Positions 39,600 through 53,595 of a DNA stretch of 64,000 nucleotides are shown here, one piece after another. The position numbers were made by a program, and so were the translations under genes. The stretch is from Ginglymostoma cirratum (taxonomy: Eukaryota). Position 1 is the first letter of the stretch, and each line of letters starts with the position of its first letter. The notes under the pieces were generated by a model. The model ran no database searches, was not told the origin of the DNA, and saw only the letters and a program-made list of their open reading frames with translations. The stretch lies in assembly GCA_024137785.1 (NCBI GenBank), contig JAHRHZ010000062.1, positions 30,879,816 through 30,943,815 of the forward strand, written 5' to 3'.

Positions 39600-40835
39600 G
39601 AGAACTCGATTGAGGTTTTTTACTGAAGTAACCAGAAAGATTGATGACAGCGGAGTGGTAGACATTGTTTACTTGGGCGTCAGTAAAGCCTTTGACAGGG
39701 TTCCACATAGCAGACTAGTTGGTAAGGTAGATCACATGGGATTCAGTGAGAGCTTGCCAATTGGATACAAAATTGGCTTGACGGTAGGAGACAGAGGATG
39801 ACGGTGGAGGGTTGTTTTATGGTCTGAAGGTCTGTGATCAGCAGTATTCCTCAGGGATCAGTACTGGATCCACTTTTGTTTGTCATTTATATAAATGATT
39901 TGGATGATAATGTAGGAGGCATGGTTAGTAAGTTTGCAGATGACACCAAAATTGTCAGTACAGTGCACAGAGAAGAAGGCTATCTAAGATTACAAAGACA
40001 TCTTGATCAATTGGGTTAATGGGCTAAGGAGTGGCAGATGGAGTTTAATTTAAATAAGCGTGAGGAATTGCATCTTGGTAAAGCAAACAAGGGCAGGGCT
40101 TATACAATTAATGGTAGGGCTGTGGGGAGTGTTGTAGAACAGACAGACCTAGGGGTTCAGGAGCATCATTCTTTGAAATCTGTGTCACAAGTAGGCAGGG
40201 TGGATAAGAAGGTGTTTAGCATGCTTGCCTTCATTGCTCAGACCTTTGGATATAGGAGTTGTTGAGGTTGTAAAGGATGTTGGTGAAACCTCTTCTAGAG
40301 TTCTGTGTGTAGTTCTGGTCACTCTGTTATAGGAAAGATATTATTACACTGGAGAGGGTTCAGAAAAGATTTACCAGAACGCTGTCGGGAATGGAGCGTT
40401 TGAGATATAAAAATAGGCTGGATAGGAAATGGACTATTTTCACTGGAGCATAGGAGATTGAGAGGTGACCTTATTGAGATTTATAAAATCATGAATGCAT
40501 AGATAAGGTGAATATCAGGGGTCTTTTTCCTGGGATGGGGGAGTTCAAAACCAGGGGGCATATTTTTAAGGTGAGAAGAGAAAGTTTTAAGAAGAACGTG
40601 ATGGGCAACCTTTTTACACAGAGAGTGGTTCGTGTGTGGAATGAACAGCCAGACGAAGTAACGGATGCAGGTACAGTTACGTTTAAAAGACATTTCGAGG
40701 TTTATGAATTGGAAAGGTTTGGAGGGGATATGGGCCAAGCATAGGCAAGTGGGACAAGTTTAGTTTGGGAACATGGTCGCCGTGTACTGGTTGAACTGAA
40801 GGGTCTGTTTCCATGCTGTATGACTCTATGACTCC
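39600..40835 (+). mobile_element. CR1/HER1 LINE 3' fragment
   Basis: VDIVYL..SKAFDRVPH; PQGSVL.PLLFVIYINDLD...SKFADDTK; tail CTGTATGACTCTATGACT. Confidence 0.93.
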
Positions 40836-41299
40836 AACTGGAAGATAACAAACCAAATTAAGGAACATGAATCTGAACATATAACATTCAGAGGTTAAAA
40901 AGATATGAATATAATGAATTTAAGAACGAGGTATTTGAAAACAGGGGAAACAATGAATTGACCACAGTCATTTTTAAAACTTTTGAGCCCAGACATAATT
41001 GTTTCTGAAACTGGACTGATAAAATTATTTCGCACAAGTTGCTAGTTCAAACATACAATGGGTAATTCAATTGATTTTTTAGGCAAATAAATTTAAATAT
41101 TTTAATTTGAAATAAATAGTCAATGGAAACAGTCTAGGTGCTTTTAATTTGTGTTAGTAAAAATGAGATAAATCATTGGGAAGAACTTAATTGACCACTA
41201 ATGAAATCTGTCAGCTCAAAAACACCGCAGGAACTGTATATAAAATAAACCTTTGTGTCTGTTGTTGTCAATTTTGGATTTGGAATACTTTTGAAAGGA

Positions 41300-44200
41300 G
41301 TCAAATCACATATAATCTAGCAAGTATCTGACTTAATGGAAACTTCACCAATTAGGTTAAGACTGAGACATGAGCCTTCCTGAAAGTCAAATAGTGGACA
41401 TGGTTCAAACAGTGGGAAATGAAGACCCGGTAGCAGATATGTGACAGACTGGCCAAAAGGGATAAATGACATTGTGGAATGACTCAGAGAAATTATGAGA
41501 GAATTCATGACCAAGCTGAGGAACCAAGTGGGATCAAGTTGGTTTGGAATGGACAGCAACAGGAACACAAATAAATAGGGTGGTGGTGTTGGAAGCCCAT
41601 GCTAAAACAAATCAACCAATCATTTGATTGACAGGGAACAAGATGATACCAAAAAGGTTTGAGAAGGACAATTATGTCCAGATCTAGAGGGAGGAAGGGA
41701 TAGTATTGTGTACCAATCTCAAACTTCACATTCCCCAATTGCTGCTTCACCTCTTGCCTGCCAGTTACTGGAGACCATGCTTGTATGATGCAGATCTGAA
41801 AACAAAAACTGGAAATATTCAAGGTATTCGACACATTCCACAACCATCACATGGGCCATGAGAAAGTAGAAGCAGCCCCCATCCCGCACCCAAGTGAGCA
41901 ATAGGGGAAATTAGACAAAGAATAGGTCCGACAGTCAAATTCCACCACCAGTACTAAAGCAACTAGATTTTCTTGAAGACACAAAACAGGAATTTCATAG
42001 AAAAAATTGAATGTTAAAATACACCCCTAGATTAGGATTATATTGCACATAATGCAGTAATTAATGTAGGTCTGGTGGGAAAGGAAAATATAAATAGACC
42101 CTAGTAAGAGAACAACCCCAGTTCCCCAATGCAGTGAGACTTAGCATAGGGACCATGAAGTAGGATTAGTGTTCGAAGATGCAGTGGAAAATGTGACTTT
42201 CGTGCCAGGGTATAGGCATGTGTAAGTTGTCTTTGGTCTGACTGAGATATAAGTACCAAAATGGTGCTCTCCTACAACAAAGCAGCTGTTTGCCCATCTC
42301 CTCTGAAGGTAATTGATAAGAGAGGAATTACGATCAACTAGAACTATTGGAGTTAACAGGGAAGCGGTTACATCTCAGGGGTAGCAAATTAGACTTATAA
42401 ATGCAAGATTTGCAGCAGAGGATACACAGGATCATAATTAGCAATGATCAAAATCGAAAGAAAATGAGTCAGTCAGGATGAGAATCCTGTCAAGTTATTC
42501 TGGACACCATCAAGTTTTTGAAAACCGTTTTAAGATACAACTAACTTGAAGACTGATGGCATAGCTAACATTTCCCAAGAATAGCACAAGGCAGAGACAT
42601 ATACAACTTATTCAAGCTGGCTATGAACAATGATCTGTACTAACTTGTAATTAGACATGCACTAAGTGCCAGACAGGGTATTGGACGAGCAACTGAGGAA
42701 ATTGCCGGAGAAGAACACACCCCTAAGCCACCTCAGGAGTTTAACCCTTGCTAGCAGAGTACTGGGTGCTCATGATGGAGGTAAAGGGGAACAATACATA
42801 GGAGCAGTGCTTCACGTAACTAGGCAGGGAGACAATCGCACCCATCACTTCAGGAAAGTTCACAATATACACAAATACTATGAGGGGATCCGGATATTGC
42901 TAAAAAAAAACCATGTGATTATCATGAATATTACCAAGAAGGGAATCTACTTGTCACAGTGTCACCATGGAGAGGATTAGTGAGCATGCCCAGAGGAACA
43001 GACTAGACAAAAGCTTACCTACTGTAGCTTCAACTCATATGAGAATTGTACACTGTTTATTTTACCAGTGAATAACCAGTCTTTTCTGCAGTATACACTA
43101 ATTGGACCAACCAATTATTTAGCCACAGTGGCCAGTTATTATCGCAAAGGCTCAAAAGGTGTCCTCTGTTGGGACACAATATTGCCATTGGCAATGTAAC
43201 TTGGCACGTTAGTGTTAATGAACAAACCTTACCCATGCCAGAGAAAGACTCAATACTTAAAGAAGATCTCACGGTCCAGTGCACAGGCACATACTAAGAG
43301 ATGTTATAGTAGGTCGCCACTTAACTGCCGCTATTCCCCACCTGACAGCAGATTGGGCTCACTTCATTAAGGAGGCTAAAGACATCATCCACAAGTAGTC
43401 CAAACACACCAAGGAATTCAAGGTCAAGCAGACAAGAGCCTGACAGAGTCCAGTTGGTGAGACCAAGTGTGGAACTGGGGCCTGAATACCTAAATTCATC
43501 CCTAGATTCCCATTATATCTCATATGGTGGTAGAGGTACAACTTGTTGTATGATTTATATTGATTGTACTAACGTGCATTGCTAAAAGACCATTCAAGAA
43601 ATGGAAAAGTAGATGGCAAAGGCTGGAAGAATAGGTATTATTACCAATGTCAATGCCCTAAGACCTAGGCTAGCTTGGCTCATAGGCCAAGGGCATAGAG
43701 GGAGGTTTGTTGGGCAGCCCATGACGGAGGGTGACACAAAGTGGCTGTCCATGAATTTTTAGTTGACATAGAAATGGTGGAGAAGAATCTTGGCTGTAGC
43801 AATAGCTTGTTTAGTTTAGTATTAAACTGAGATCATAAGTTAGGGCAATTGTAGCTTTGTGGACAGGATAAATTCAACGTAACAAGATTAAGATAGCACA
43901 AAGAATCTTACAATTAATACACAAATAATCCTGTTACAAACACAAGTTGCAAGTGTTTGCACAGAGACTGTTTGATAAAGAATATCCTTGAGAGGATAAG
44001 AGACATGTGGTAACAATCAGCCTGAAGGTTGTAATTTAGCAAGAGTCAAAAAGAAAAGTATGATCCCACAATAAGCAAGACTCTTTAGGGAATTGTCATT
44101 TCACGTTGAACATAACTATAAAAGAATATTGTGCAATTAAAAATGCAACCTACAAACTAACACAAAAGAACTTAGCTAAATTCCAATGAGCAGTCATCCT

Positions 44201-44340
44201 TAGACAGTGAAGAGAGGCCCACTTCATTCCCAGGGAAGACGAAGCGACAAATGGTGTAAACAGATATAACCTCTGAGAGAACAACAAAAGACAGATAGCA
44301 TGGTGGGGGGCCGGCGGGGTGTAAAAATGTCATAAAACAT
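41300..44340 (+). mobile_element. Highly decayed LTR-retroelement remnant, possibly env-bearing
   Basis: Coding-like decayed sequence (ORF 42666..42980), then purine tract AGAGGGAGG (43697-43705) and TGTTGGG as a possible LTR start; no clear pol motif recognised. Confidence 0.35.
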
Positions 44341-45586
44341 GGTCAATGTGACTTCAAGAAAATAAATAATTGCCATTTCACAGCTTAGCGAAATGCTTAG
44401 ATAATGATGGAGACAATTTCAGCAGATCCTTACATCCAACAATCAAGGGAAGAATGATTGATACAAATTGTAGGATAAGGGTGAGGATGAGGTTATATCC
44501 TGTTGAATCTAAATAGGTTCATTTTAATGACTTGGTAAAGCCGTGAAGGTGATTGAATTTCAGCCTCTTCAATGGAATTCAAATAGATGTTATCTTATTT
44601 AGTAACGATAATTAGGATGAAAAGTATTTAGAAATAGACACAGTAAGGTTCATCAGAGAATCAAACTTTGATTTCAAGCAACTTACAGCATGTAAACTGC
44701 AGAAGTTGTAACTGCAGCTGCAAGATAGCGAGACTGTGTTTGTTTGATCTCCGAAGGTCGAAAGCGAGAGAGAATCTACTTTTATATTGGAACTGATATT
44801 ACAAATTTTATAACAACTGGTAGAAATTAGCATCTTTTTGTTTCTCCTGCAACAAGGTTATTAAGGAATATAAACTGCTTAACAGAATTTGAAAAAGTCA
44901 TTAGTGATAATCAAGTATCCAATTTATTGGGAATTTGTGATTCAGCTGGTAAGTGTCTGGAAAGGAGCATAATTATCAGTATTGGAATGTGATTGAATAG
45001 AATGCATTGTAAAATCCCAAGGACTGGTGATAAAGGTGTCTGGTAAACATCATGAGATCATGGGAGGATCCAAGGCTATCCATAGAGTTGAGCATTGTTG
45101 ATTGTATGTTTGCAGGATTGGATATGTAGTTTAGTGGCATGTAGCTAACAATGACATCATCGTTGCATGTAATCATTGTAATGCAGAATGTACAAAAACA
45201 CGTACTTGACTCATAGAGGCAGAGTGTCTGGTGAAAACTGTTTCCAAGGATCTCTCCCACACTGTATTGGTAAAGAACTCTGAATAAAGATTGACTTATG
45301 CTGCTAGACATAAGACTCAAGACTCCTTTTTGACATCTCTCCCTAACAAAGACATGATATCAAGTCTATCTTGAAGTCCATATTGCATATGCCTCTCTTT
45401 TTTTTTGACAAAGGGGCAAAGTATTTTCACTTTACTAAGATAAATACGAGATTTAACCCATGGAGGTTTAACCCATGGATAACGATTGAAGAAGCCAGTC
45501 AAAAGATAGTGGGAGGAGAACCTCAGTCAAATGTCCATCACTTCCAAGAACCATTTAGACATTGATCTAATTAGGCAACATCTTAC

Positions 45587-45731
45587 CTGTAGTAACCTCA
45601 GGAAATGACAATTTATGATGCTTTGTCTCCTTCCTAAGTACATGTTCTTCTGAGCATGTACTGCAAAGCCACTTATTGCAGTCTGAACAGAAATGGAGAG
45701 CTGGTTTCTTTTCTTTGCAGTTTGAGCAGTG
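45587..45731 (-). CDS. TRIM66: TRIM66 exon: B-box 1 (HCSNCKEKKPALHFCSDCNKWLCSTCSEEHVLRKETKHHKLSFPEVTTG)
   Basis: caccag|CAC...ACAG|gtaaga; 145 nt, phase 0 to 1; CxxC..CxxC..WLCxxC...H.......H pattern. Confidence 0.95.
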
Positions 45732-46619
45732 CTGGTGAGACAAAAAGAAACACTAAATTCAGAAAACTACATCAAAAATCATGCATAAATGCTCTACAAC
45801 TAGGTTAGGTTTCACATTATTATTCCCTACATCTATCAGTAGCACTTTGGCTTGCAGAGATTGATATTTTAAGCATTATCATCAAGGTTTGGCAATTGAG
45901 AGATAAGAAAATGGTTACATTCATGCACATTGAGATTGCTTCCTTTTAAATATTTTGAAAACATAGTTGTGCTCATATGTGTAGTAATGACTCCCGAAGT
46001 TGCTATTAATGTCCCTTCATACAAAAAAACTGCAGCCTCCCCTTTTCAAAATGTTATTTTACACATTTATACTGTGCATAAAAGCACATAATTTCTGCAC
46101 TCCATGTAGCTGACCAACACAAATTAGAGCACTTTCAGAAAAACAAACAATTCAAACCACAAAAGAAACAAAGACACAGCTATAATTATGTTGTATAGCA
46201 GTGCATACAGATATGTGTCCATCTAGACATTCTTCTGCTTTTGTGATCAAAGACTGAAAGCTAATAGTCATATAGTCAAGCTTGCAAGATTTAACTTCAC
46301 AAGCAGATCGGAATACATCCATTCCTGCAATGTGCTGTGGTTTTCTTCTAACAAAATTTGTAATAGTTCATATTACTGGAAACTAAAACAGAAATTCTAA
46401 AAAAAATAGTCCATGCAACATAATTGTTCATTCTAATGCCAAAGATATCTCATATGTTTTTGGCAACTTTTCCTCATATGGGTAAGAACAAGAACATCAA
46501 TACTGATGAAGAAAACATTTGTTCCAACACTGTTCCTAGTATTTATCTGGGAGATAAATACTCATCCAGACTATTTATCAAGCACTCTCAATCAGGAAAA
46601 CAGAGGCCAAGATACGAAT

Positions 46620-47230
46620 ATTGAGAAAACCTCCTTCAATATAGGATGAGAAAAGAAATGATTGCCAGAATTGGAGATGTTCAGCAATACAATAGATTTT
46701 AACCAAGCACAGAGGTAGGGAAAGAGATGTAGAAGGGGAGTAAGAACAAAATAGCAGAAGGCAGGGTGAAGAGATGAATAGCAAAAACAACACCAGAATG
46801 GTCCGTCTGAAAAGAACAAATTGGAGTAATCGCCATGAACAGAAATCATTGAGATTGCTAATGAGTTTGGAAGTTGGGAAGTGCTTAATCAAGGATGAGT
46901 TGCTGTTCCTTGAGCTGTTACTGAATGTCAATGGATCAGTATGGAAGGTCAGGACAAGGCAGGAGTGAAACAGAAAAATAAAATGGCAAAAGACCAAAAG
47001 CGCTCAGATCAAATCTAAGCATTCAGCAAAATAATTATCCAACATAGAGGAGACCAATAATGTACTGTATTTGGTGCTCACAATATGGAAAGAAGTATAA
47101 ATAAATTGTTGATTCAACTGGAAGGAATGTTGTGGTCCTGCACAGTGGAAGGGAGAAGATAAAAGAGGAGGTGCTTACATACCTTGTGCTTCTAAGGGGG
47201 TGCGGGGCAGGGGGTGGCGTGTAGTGTTAA
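46620..47230 (-). mobile_element. Old Penelope-like fragment
   Basis: GTTGCTGTTCCTTGAG...GGAAGGTCAGGACA...AATGGCAA and TTCAACTGGAAGGAATGTTGTGGTCCTG are collinear with 10440-10760. Confidence 0.6.
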
Positions 47231-48181
47231 TTCATTTGGATGGTGCCAAGATAGGAAAATGAAGGCTTGGAATACTAGACCCATACCCTTGGAGCAGAGA
47301 AAACAAATATATTGTTTTACAGATGGTTTTAACATCATAAAAGCATCCTAAGCAATGAAACGAATCAGAGTCTTAGATTCTAATCTAGATTCAGCAATAT
47401 AGATACAGAAAAGGTGAAGACTAATCCCTCTTGTTATAGAATTAGTGACAAGGGGGTCATCAACTGCGAGAGGCAGCTTCATTGACATCTGTCACAATTC
47501 AAAAACTTGGCGTGCAGTGCCCAGTTACAAAGTTTAAAGGGATATACATAAAAATTATGGAGCAAGCACTGACATCCAAGTCAATGAATACGGGGGAGCA
47601 GGAGCACAAAGTGCAGAGGAAGATAGCAAAAGCTGCACGGAGGTAAAGGAGTGCACTTGCTCCTACAGCTGTACAACTGCAGACCTCGATCTCTGTGACT
47701 ATACTTTCAGGAAAGGAAGAACATTTTTGAGTACAACATACAATTTCAGTAATTGGGTGATAATCTTTGAAGCTTCTATTCCATCAACTCTCAGAAAATC
47801 AAGCAGAAAGTTCTTTGTTTCACGGCTAATGTAAACAAACAGTTGCATTTCTCACGCACTGGGGAACAATTTTGACAAAGCACTACTGTCCACAAACGGA
47901 TGGGCATTGGTAGAATTAATTATATTGATAGCAGAACTTTAGCTATATATGCAATAAATATGCAGCTGCAATAAATTTGACTATGCTCTGAGCAAAATTC
48001 TTTTGAATTTCTGAGGAAGTCAATATGGAATTATGCTTTTTAGAGATGTTTCTATTACAGGGAACAGTCAGGAGGAAAGGGTGAAATTTTAAAGGTTGAA
48101 CTGAATGACATTTTGACAAGGCATTTTGATATTTTGTGTTTCTTTTTAATATGTCTTGTATTCTTACTTCTATTTAATTGT

Positions 48182-48366
48182 GAACCAAAAGAACTGTAGA
48201 TATTGGAAATCAGAAACAAAACCAAAACCAAATGGTTGGTTAAAAACCAATTTATTCCTAGCTACCATCAGTTCTGAGGAAGGGTCACTGGACCTGAAAC
48301 ATTAACCCTGATTTCTCTCGACAGGTGCTGCCAGAGCTGCTGAACTTTTCCAGCAATTTGTTTTTG
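48182..48366 (+). mobile_element. Penelope-derived short element with a hammerhead motif
   Basis: CAGTT-CTGAGGA-AGGGTCACTGGACCT-GAAAC-ATT-AAC at 48274; TSD CTTCTATTTAA(T/A)TGT at 48167-48181 and 48367-48381. Confidence 0.82.
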
Positions 48367-49199
48367 CTTCTATTTAAATGTAACCAGTTGTGAGGTGGGC
48401 CAATATTTTGAGTTCAAAACAGAAAGGTAGGAACATCGAGCTCCACACATCACCACACACACATACACCTCATACATGTGAAAGACTTTCTTCCTGTATT
48501 ACCAAAATACAGAAATCACATCTATTATTGGCAAGCATATGGAGATCCTGGCTTCTGAGAGCAAAGTAAGACCACATGTTGGTGGTCTTGCATTGCCAAA
48601 CTGGGATTGATAATCCAATCACACACCAAATTTTTGGCATTGCCTTAAATATCAAAGGACCATCGTCAGAAAGGAATATAAAGCCACAGCCCTCATGGTA
48701 ACAAGGTCTAAAATGCAAGATCTCACCAACCACATATGGGGACATGCAATCGCTTAAGGAGTTAACAGATACACAAACTAGAAGTTGTGTCCAAAATTTG
48801 TTTTATGCCATTAATACCTAGAACATGTGCAACTACCTTAGGAAATAGTGAGACATCCTGCTTAAAAGTCTTACAATGCTAAAAAGTCATTTTGAGATAC
48901 GAACTAGAGCCCAACAATTTATCATATTTGCTCTCCTACAAATAGCAGATTCACACAACCACAGCTTATGCACACTTTTACCAGTTGAGTTCACTACAGC
49001 CATGATTTACAAAATGTGCAATCCATTTAATGGCAATAGTGAAAAACAAAGAATTCTTAGTACTTTAATTGTACCTCAACTTCAACATTCTTGCTGATTC
49101 AGGCCTCAAAATTCAAAAGTCAATTTGAAATTGTCCCTTTTTATGTGGGCAGATTGTGACAACCCCAATCATCACAAAAACAGGAAATCAGGTTGCACA

Positions 49200-49330
49200 G
49201 ATAGTAAGAACTGCCGATGCTGGAGTCAGAGATAACACACAGTGTGGAGCTGGAGGAGCACAACAGGCCAGGCAGCATCAGAGGAGCAGGAAAGTTGACA
49301 TTTCGGGTCAGGACCCTTCTTCAGGAATGT
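49200..49330 (-). mobile_element. Penelope terminal-repeat-derived short element with a hammerhead motif
   Basis: Minus strand CTGAAGA-AGGGTCCTGACCC-GAAAT-GTC (49297-49324); flanking direct repeat AATCAGGTTGCA on both sides. Confidence 0.85.
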
Positions 49331-50269
49331 TGCAATCAGGTTGCAGATTGTCCTAAATATCTGTAGCAAAACGCTTTAGTTTACATTTGAGAGCTTAAAT
49401 TTGCTATAACAATGCAAAATTATAAAAATAGCTCAGTATAAATTTCAAGGTCAGCCCTGAAGTAAAGACCATTGGTATTACAGTATCTACACATATGTGA
49501 TGTCCTACACTTAGGCAGTACTGGCACATCATATCCTAGAAAACAAACCCTAAATGATTTTATTTCTTTTGTTAAAAAGTATCTCTGGATTGGATATAAT
49601 TCTTATGAAACTTAGAGGAAGCTAGCAGGGTTGGAGTTTCTATCTATGGTCTAATTAGTACTAAATGACCTCAACTAACGTCCTTTGCAAAGCACAAAAC
49701 ACTGAAACATCCAAAGTCAGACAGGGTAAAAAAAAAATTACAGTAACTCCTGCAATCTAACAACAAGCCGAAGTGCACATTTATGGAAAATAGATAAGTG
49801 CAGATTCAAGCTTGGCTATGCTGATGCTGGTTTTGATGTCTACAGCACTCAGTTCAAGATGACACAGTGAATGGGAACCTAGATCCTACACTGGAAAACA
49901 ATTACTATTTATGAAACTGTTAGGACTCAGCACCATCTACAAAGAAGCAAGAAGGAAAAGAAAGGAAAATTGAAAGTAAATTGAACAAAACTGACTAGTT
50001 ATCACAGGATCATTGGAGTAGCCTCTTCTGCAATGTCGAGTTTATTTGAAATTGAGAGACTGGCTTTGGAAGTACCAGGTCTATTTAAGTACTTTCTCCA
50101 GCATATTTGTAATCAATAGTTTAGCACGCAACCTACATTCTATGCTACTGGATGTACATTGTCTACAGCTAGTTATCTTGTTCCCCAGCAATTATATGCT
50201 ATGCAAATCCAGACATTCTAATCCAATACAATATGTCCAAGCACTCAAGAGTCTTAGCTTGTTTAGGAG

Positions 50270-50900
50270 AAAAAGGAATATGGGAATAGTACAGCACAGG
50301 AATTAGCCTTTCAGCCCACCAAGACTGTGCAGAACTTGATGCCTTTCCAAATTAAAAATGTTTTGCCTCTATGCAGTCCATATCTCTAATTCTTTGCCCT
50401 ATTCTTATATCGTTCAAGATGCCTCTCAAACATTGCTATTTTATCTGCCACCACCACCTCTTCCGGCAGTGTATTCCAGATACCTAACACGCTGTGTGTA
50501 AAAAACTTACATCTCATATATACTTTAAACTTACCACCTTTTACCTTAGACCTATATCCCCTAATAATTGGCATTTCTGCCATGGAGAAAAGACTCTGTC
50601 TATCCATGCCATCCATGCCTCTCATAATTTTGTGAACTTCTATCACAATGCCCCTCACCCTTTGGCATTCAAGTGGAAACAAACATAATTTGTTGCTAAT
50701 ACCCCCCAAACCATTTCTGTACCTTCTCCAAAGCCTCCACACCGCGTTTTCCCCCCAAACCCCCCACCCCACCATGTAGTGTGGTAACTATACATAATAT
50801 TCAATGTGGCCTCACTATAGTTTTATAAAGCTGCAACGTGACTCACCAATTTTTATACTCTACGCGTTGGGCAATGAAGGCAAGCATTCACTGCCCTGCC
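50270..50900 (-). mobile_element. CR1 LINE 3' fragment
   Basis: ORF 50386..50775 LE.QRVRG..IEV.KIMRGMD...RG...KVKGGKF...FFT..V..IWNTLPEEVV. Confidence 0.88.
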
Positions 50901-51359
50901 CTCATCAATCATCTATGATTTATGTTCGTTACTTAATTCACTAGCAGTCTAGTGACAGAATTTTGCCTGAAGCGAGTCCCCCTATTTCCTCTCCATCCCA
51001 TGCAAAATTCATTGGCAAGTCCACCCCCACGTGGCCACCTTAGTACTCAGTCATTTAATAGTTACCTTATTGCTAATCCACTGGAGGCAAAATATTTGCC
51101 CCTATCAAGGAGGAAGTCCTGCCTTTGAAACAATAATAGCCAGCAGCTCATCCTCCTTTCCACAAAGTGGCTGCCCACACAGGGGCTAGTCAATTAACTT
51201 GTCCCCAGCCATTGATAAACTTGAAGCAGGTGGATGAGAGGGAAAGAAAGTGGCCGAAATGGTGAAGTTTGCAAATGGTTTTGATGCCTATGACCCACTC
51301 CCAACCTGTTGTCTTCCCCGTGGGGTGGAAATAAAATTTTAACCTAACATTTAGGATGT

Positions 51360-51960
51360 CCAAATAACTAGTCTTCTTAGCATTTCAATGTCATTCATCT
51401 ACATTTCCTAATTCACTGCATTAATTATTCAAGAAATTATTCCCCTGTAAACTATCAAGTAACAATTATATTAACTCTGGTGACCTTCTGCATGCTTTTA
51501 TGAAAGTCTATTCCTCTGGTAGAAATGGTGCTATCTAAATACATCACTTACACTTCTCTGTATTGAACTTCATCTGCTATGCTGTCAGTGTCATCCTGGA
51601 GACTACATCTGTCCTAATCCTTAAATTAAGATTTGTATTATCTGCAAAATTCATGATACTGCTCCATGCAAGTGGTAGGTAATTCACAAAAATTGGAGAG
51701 TAAAGGATGCAAAACTGACACTTGATGAAAACCATTACAAACTACCTCTTAATCTGAATAACATCCATCCATCACTAATGTTTCCTGTCACTGAACCAAC
51801 TCTTTATCCATACAGCCACTTCACTCTTAATTCAGTAGGCTTGCATATTTTTAACAAGTGTCTTACGTGACATTTGGTTGAATGCCTTCTCAAGGTCCAG
51901 ATATACAACAATTATCGTGCATATGACTTCTCTCTCCTTTTACTGTAATCTTCACATCAA
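51360..51960 (-). mobile_element. Very old CR1 RT fragment
   Basis: TTGAACTTCATCTGC, GTATTATCTGCAAA (reverse of FAD), AATGCCTTCTCAAGGTCCAG (reverse of LD..KAF). Confidence 0.55.
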
Positions 51961-52739
51961 CTTTTCTTATCACATCTATCACTCTGTCTATAGCCTCACT
52001 CAAAACAGAAAAGGAAAACTGCAGCGTTAAAATTTGCACCTCTGGCATATCCGAAACAATTTACCATCCTTTAAGAAATGCTATTTTTTGCACATTTCCC
52101 CTGCATACTGCAACACTAGCTAACTCTATTGATGCAAACAATTAATCTTGTTTAAACCTGTCCCAGCTGAACCACACACCAACAGGTTTACAAAGAAAAT
52201 GTAGTGTCTTGACCCCAGGCTAGGATCAAATGTCATTATCTCAAGTACAGTTGCTGACTTTGTTGCTGCTTTGGCTTCCTACCACCAAACCAACCTATGA
52301 TCTTACTAGATGCAATCACTTAGGTGCAATGTTTCTTGATGAAGCTATAAGATTAGAAGAAACATACACAAATTAAATTTCAAAGTTACTTTTTACTAGG
52401 AAAAGCACTGAAATATAGTGATGACTGTGTAGTGTCTAAAGATCATAGCTGACTTTATTTAATATATAAAACTAGTTGCATGTCACAAATTGTAATAGCT
52501 AGTGGACAGTAAGGCAGTATAATTAGAAAGTAGGAAGTAAAGTTCTCCAGACTATCAATAAACTGATTCAAGACGACAGTTCACTCATTATCTACAGAAA
52601 CTTAGTTATTGTAATGTTACCTGGATAGAGGTCAAAAGTGAACATTTCCTTGAAGTTGGTGTATAGTGCAATTATACCGCATCAAGTTGCCTAAAAATGT
52701 AGCATTCATTGGCTATAATTCTACCTTCCAAAGGCTAAA

Positions 52740-53470
52740 ATGATCAGACCAGTCAAGTGGTCAAAAAGGTATCAGATGAAGTATAATGTGGAGAACACAA
52801 TGTGGAGAGTTTTGAGGGTCTTTGTACATGAATCATACAGTTAACACATAACACAAAGCTGACAAGTACAAGAAGGAATTCAGAAGACAACTCTACTTGA
52901 TTTTATTGAAAAATGGTTGAACATAACAATAAAGGAGCTCCTGCTGCAATTTTATAGGGCTTATACAGTGCAATCGCACCTGGAATACTGTTTTTAGTCT
53001 CCTTTCCTAAGCAAGATATGTACGCCTTAGGTTAGTTGGCTGGCTGGCTGGCTGGTTTGTGATGCCAACACCGTGAGTTTAAATCCTGTGCCAGTTGAGG
53101 TAATCGTGAAAGTCCTACCTTTCCGATCTCACCCCTCGCCCGAGGTCCAGTGACCCTCAGGTTAAACCACCACCAGCCATCTCTTGCTCTCTAATGGTTC
53201 TCTGGGACTCAGGTAATTTTAATACATGCTTTGGAAGAGGTGCAAGAAGAATTAAGTAGATTGATTTTGGAGATTTGAGGGCTGAGATTTTGTTGAAACA
53301 AACTTTTGTTAGGGCTCCACAGGATAATTGCTGAGGGGATGATAACATAAACACTTAGGGTAGATGTATCAAGACAGAGCTTAGGAGAAATTTCTTCACT
53401 CTGAGGGTGGTAAATCTTCAGCATTATCTACCTAACAGAGCTGTGCATGCTCAGTTGATACGTATATTCA
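52740..53470 (+). mobile_element. Old CR1 fragment interrupted by a second-family SINE at about 53028-53210
   Basis: LQ.YRA....HLEYC remnant and GAGAAATTTCTTCACTCTGAGGGTGGT; SINE core CCTCAGGTTAAACCACCACCAG. Confidence 0.7.
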
Positions 53471-53534
53471 AATACTAAGTTTACCACACAACACTGGGAT
53501 AGACTAGTCATCTTTGGTGGAACTGGCACAAGGG

Positions 53535-53595
53535 CTCCTCTGATGCTGCCTGGCCTGCTGTGCTGCTCCAGCTCCATACTGTGTTATCTCTGCTT
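53535..53595 (+). mobile_element. Fragment of the Penelope terminal repeat
   Basis: CTCCTCTGATGCTGCCTGGCCTGCTGTGCTGCTCCAGCTCCATACTGTGTTATCTC. Confidence 0.75.
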
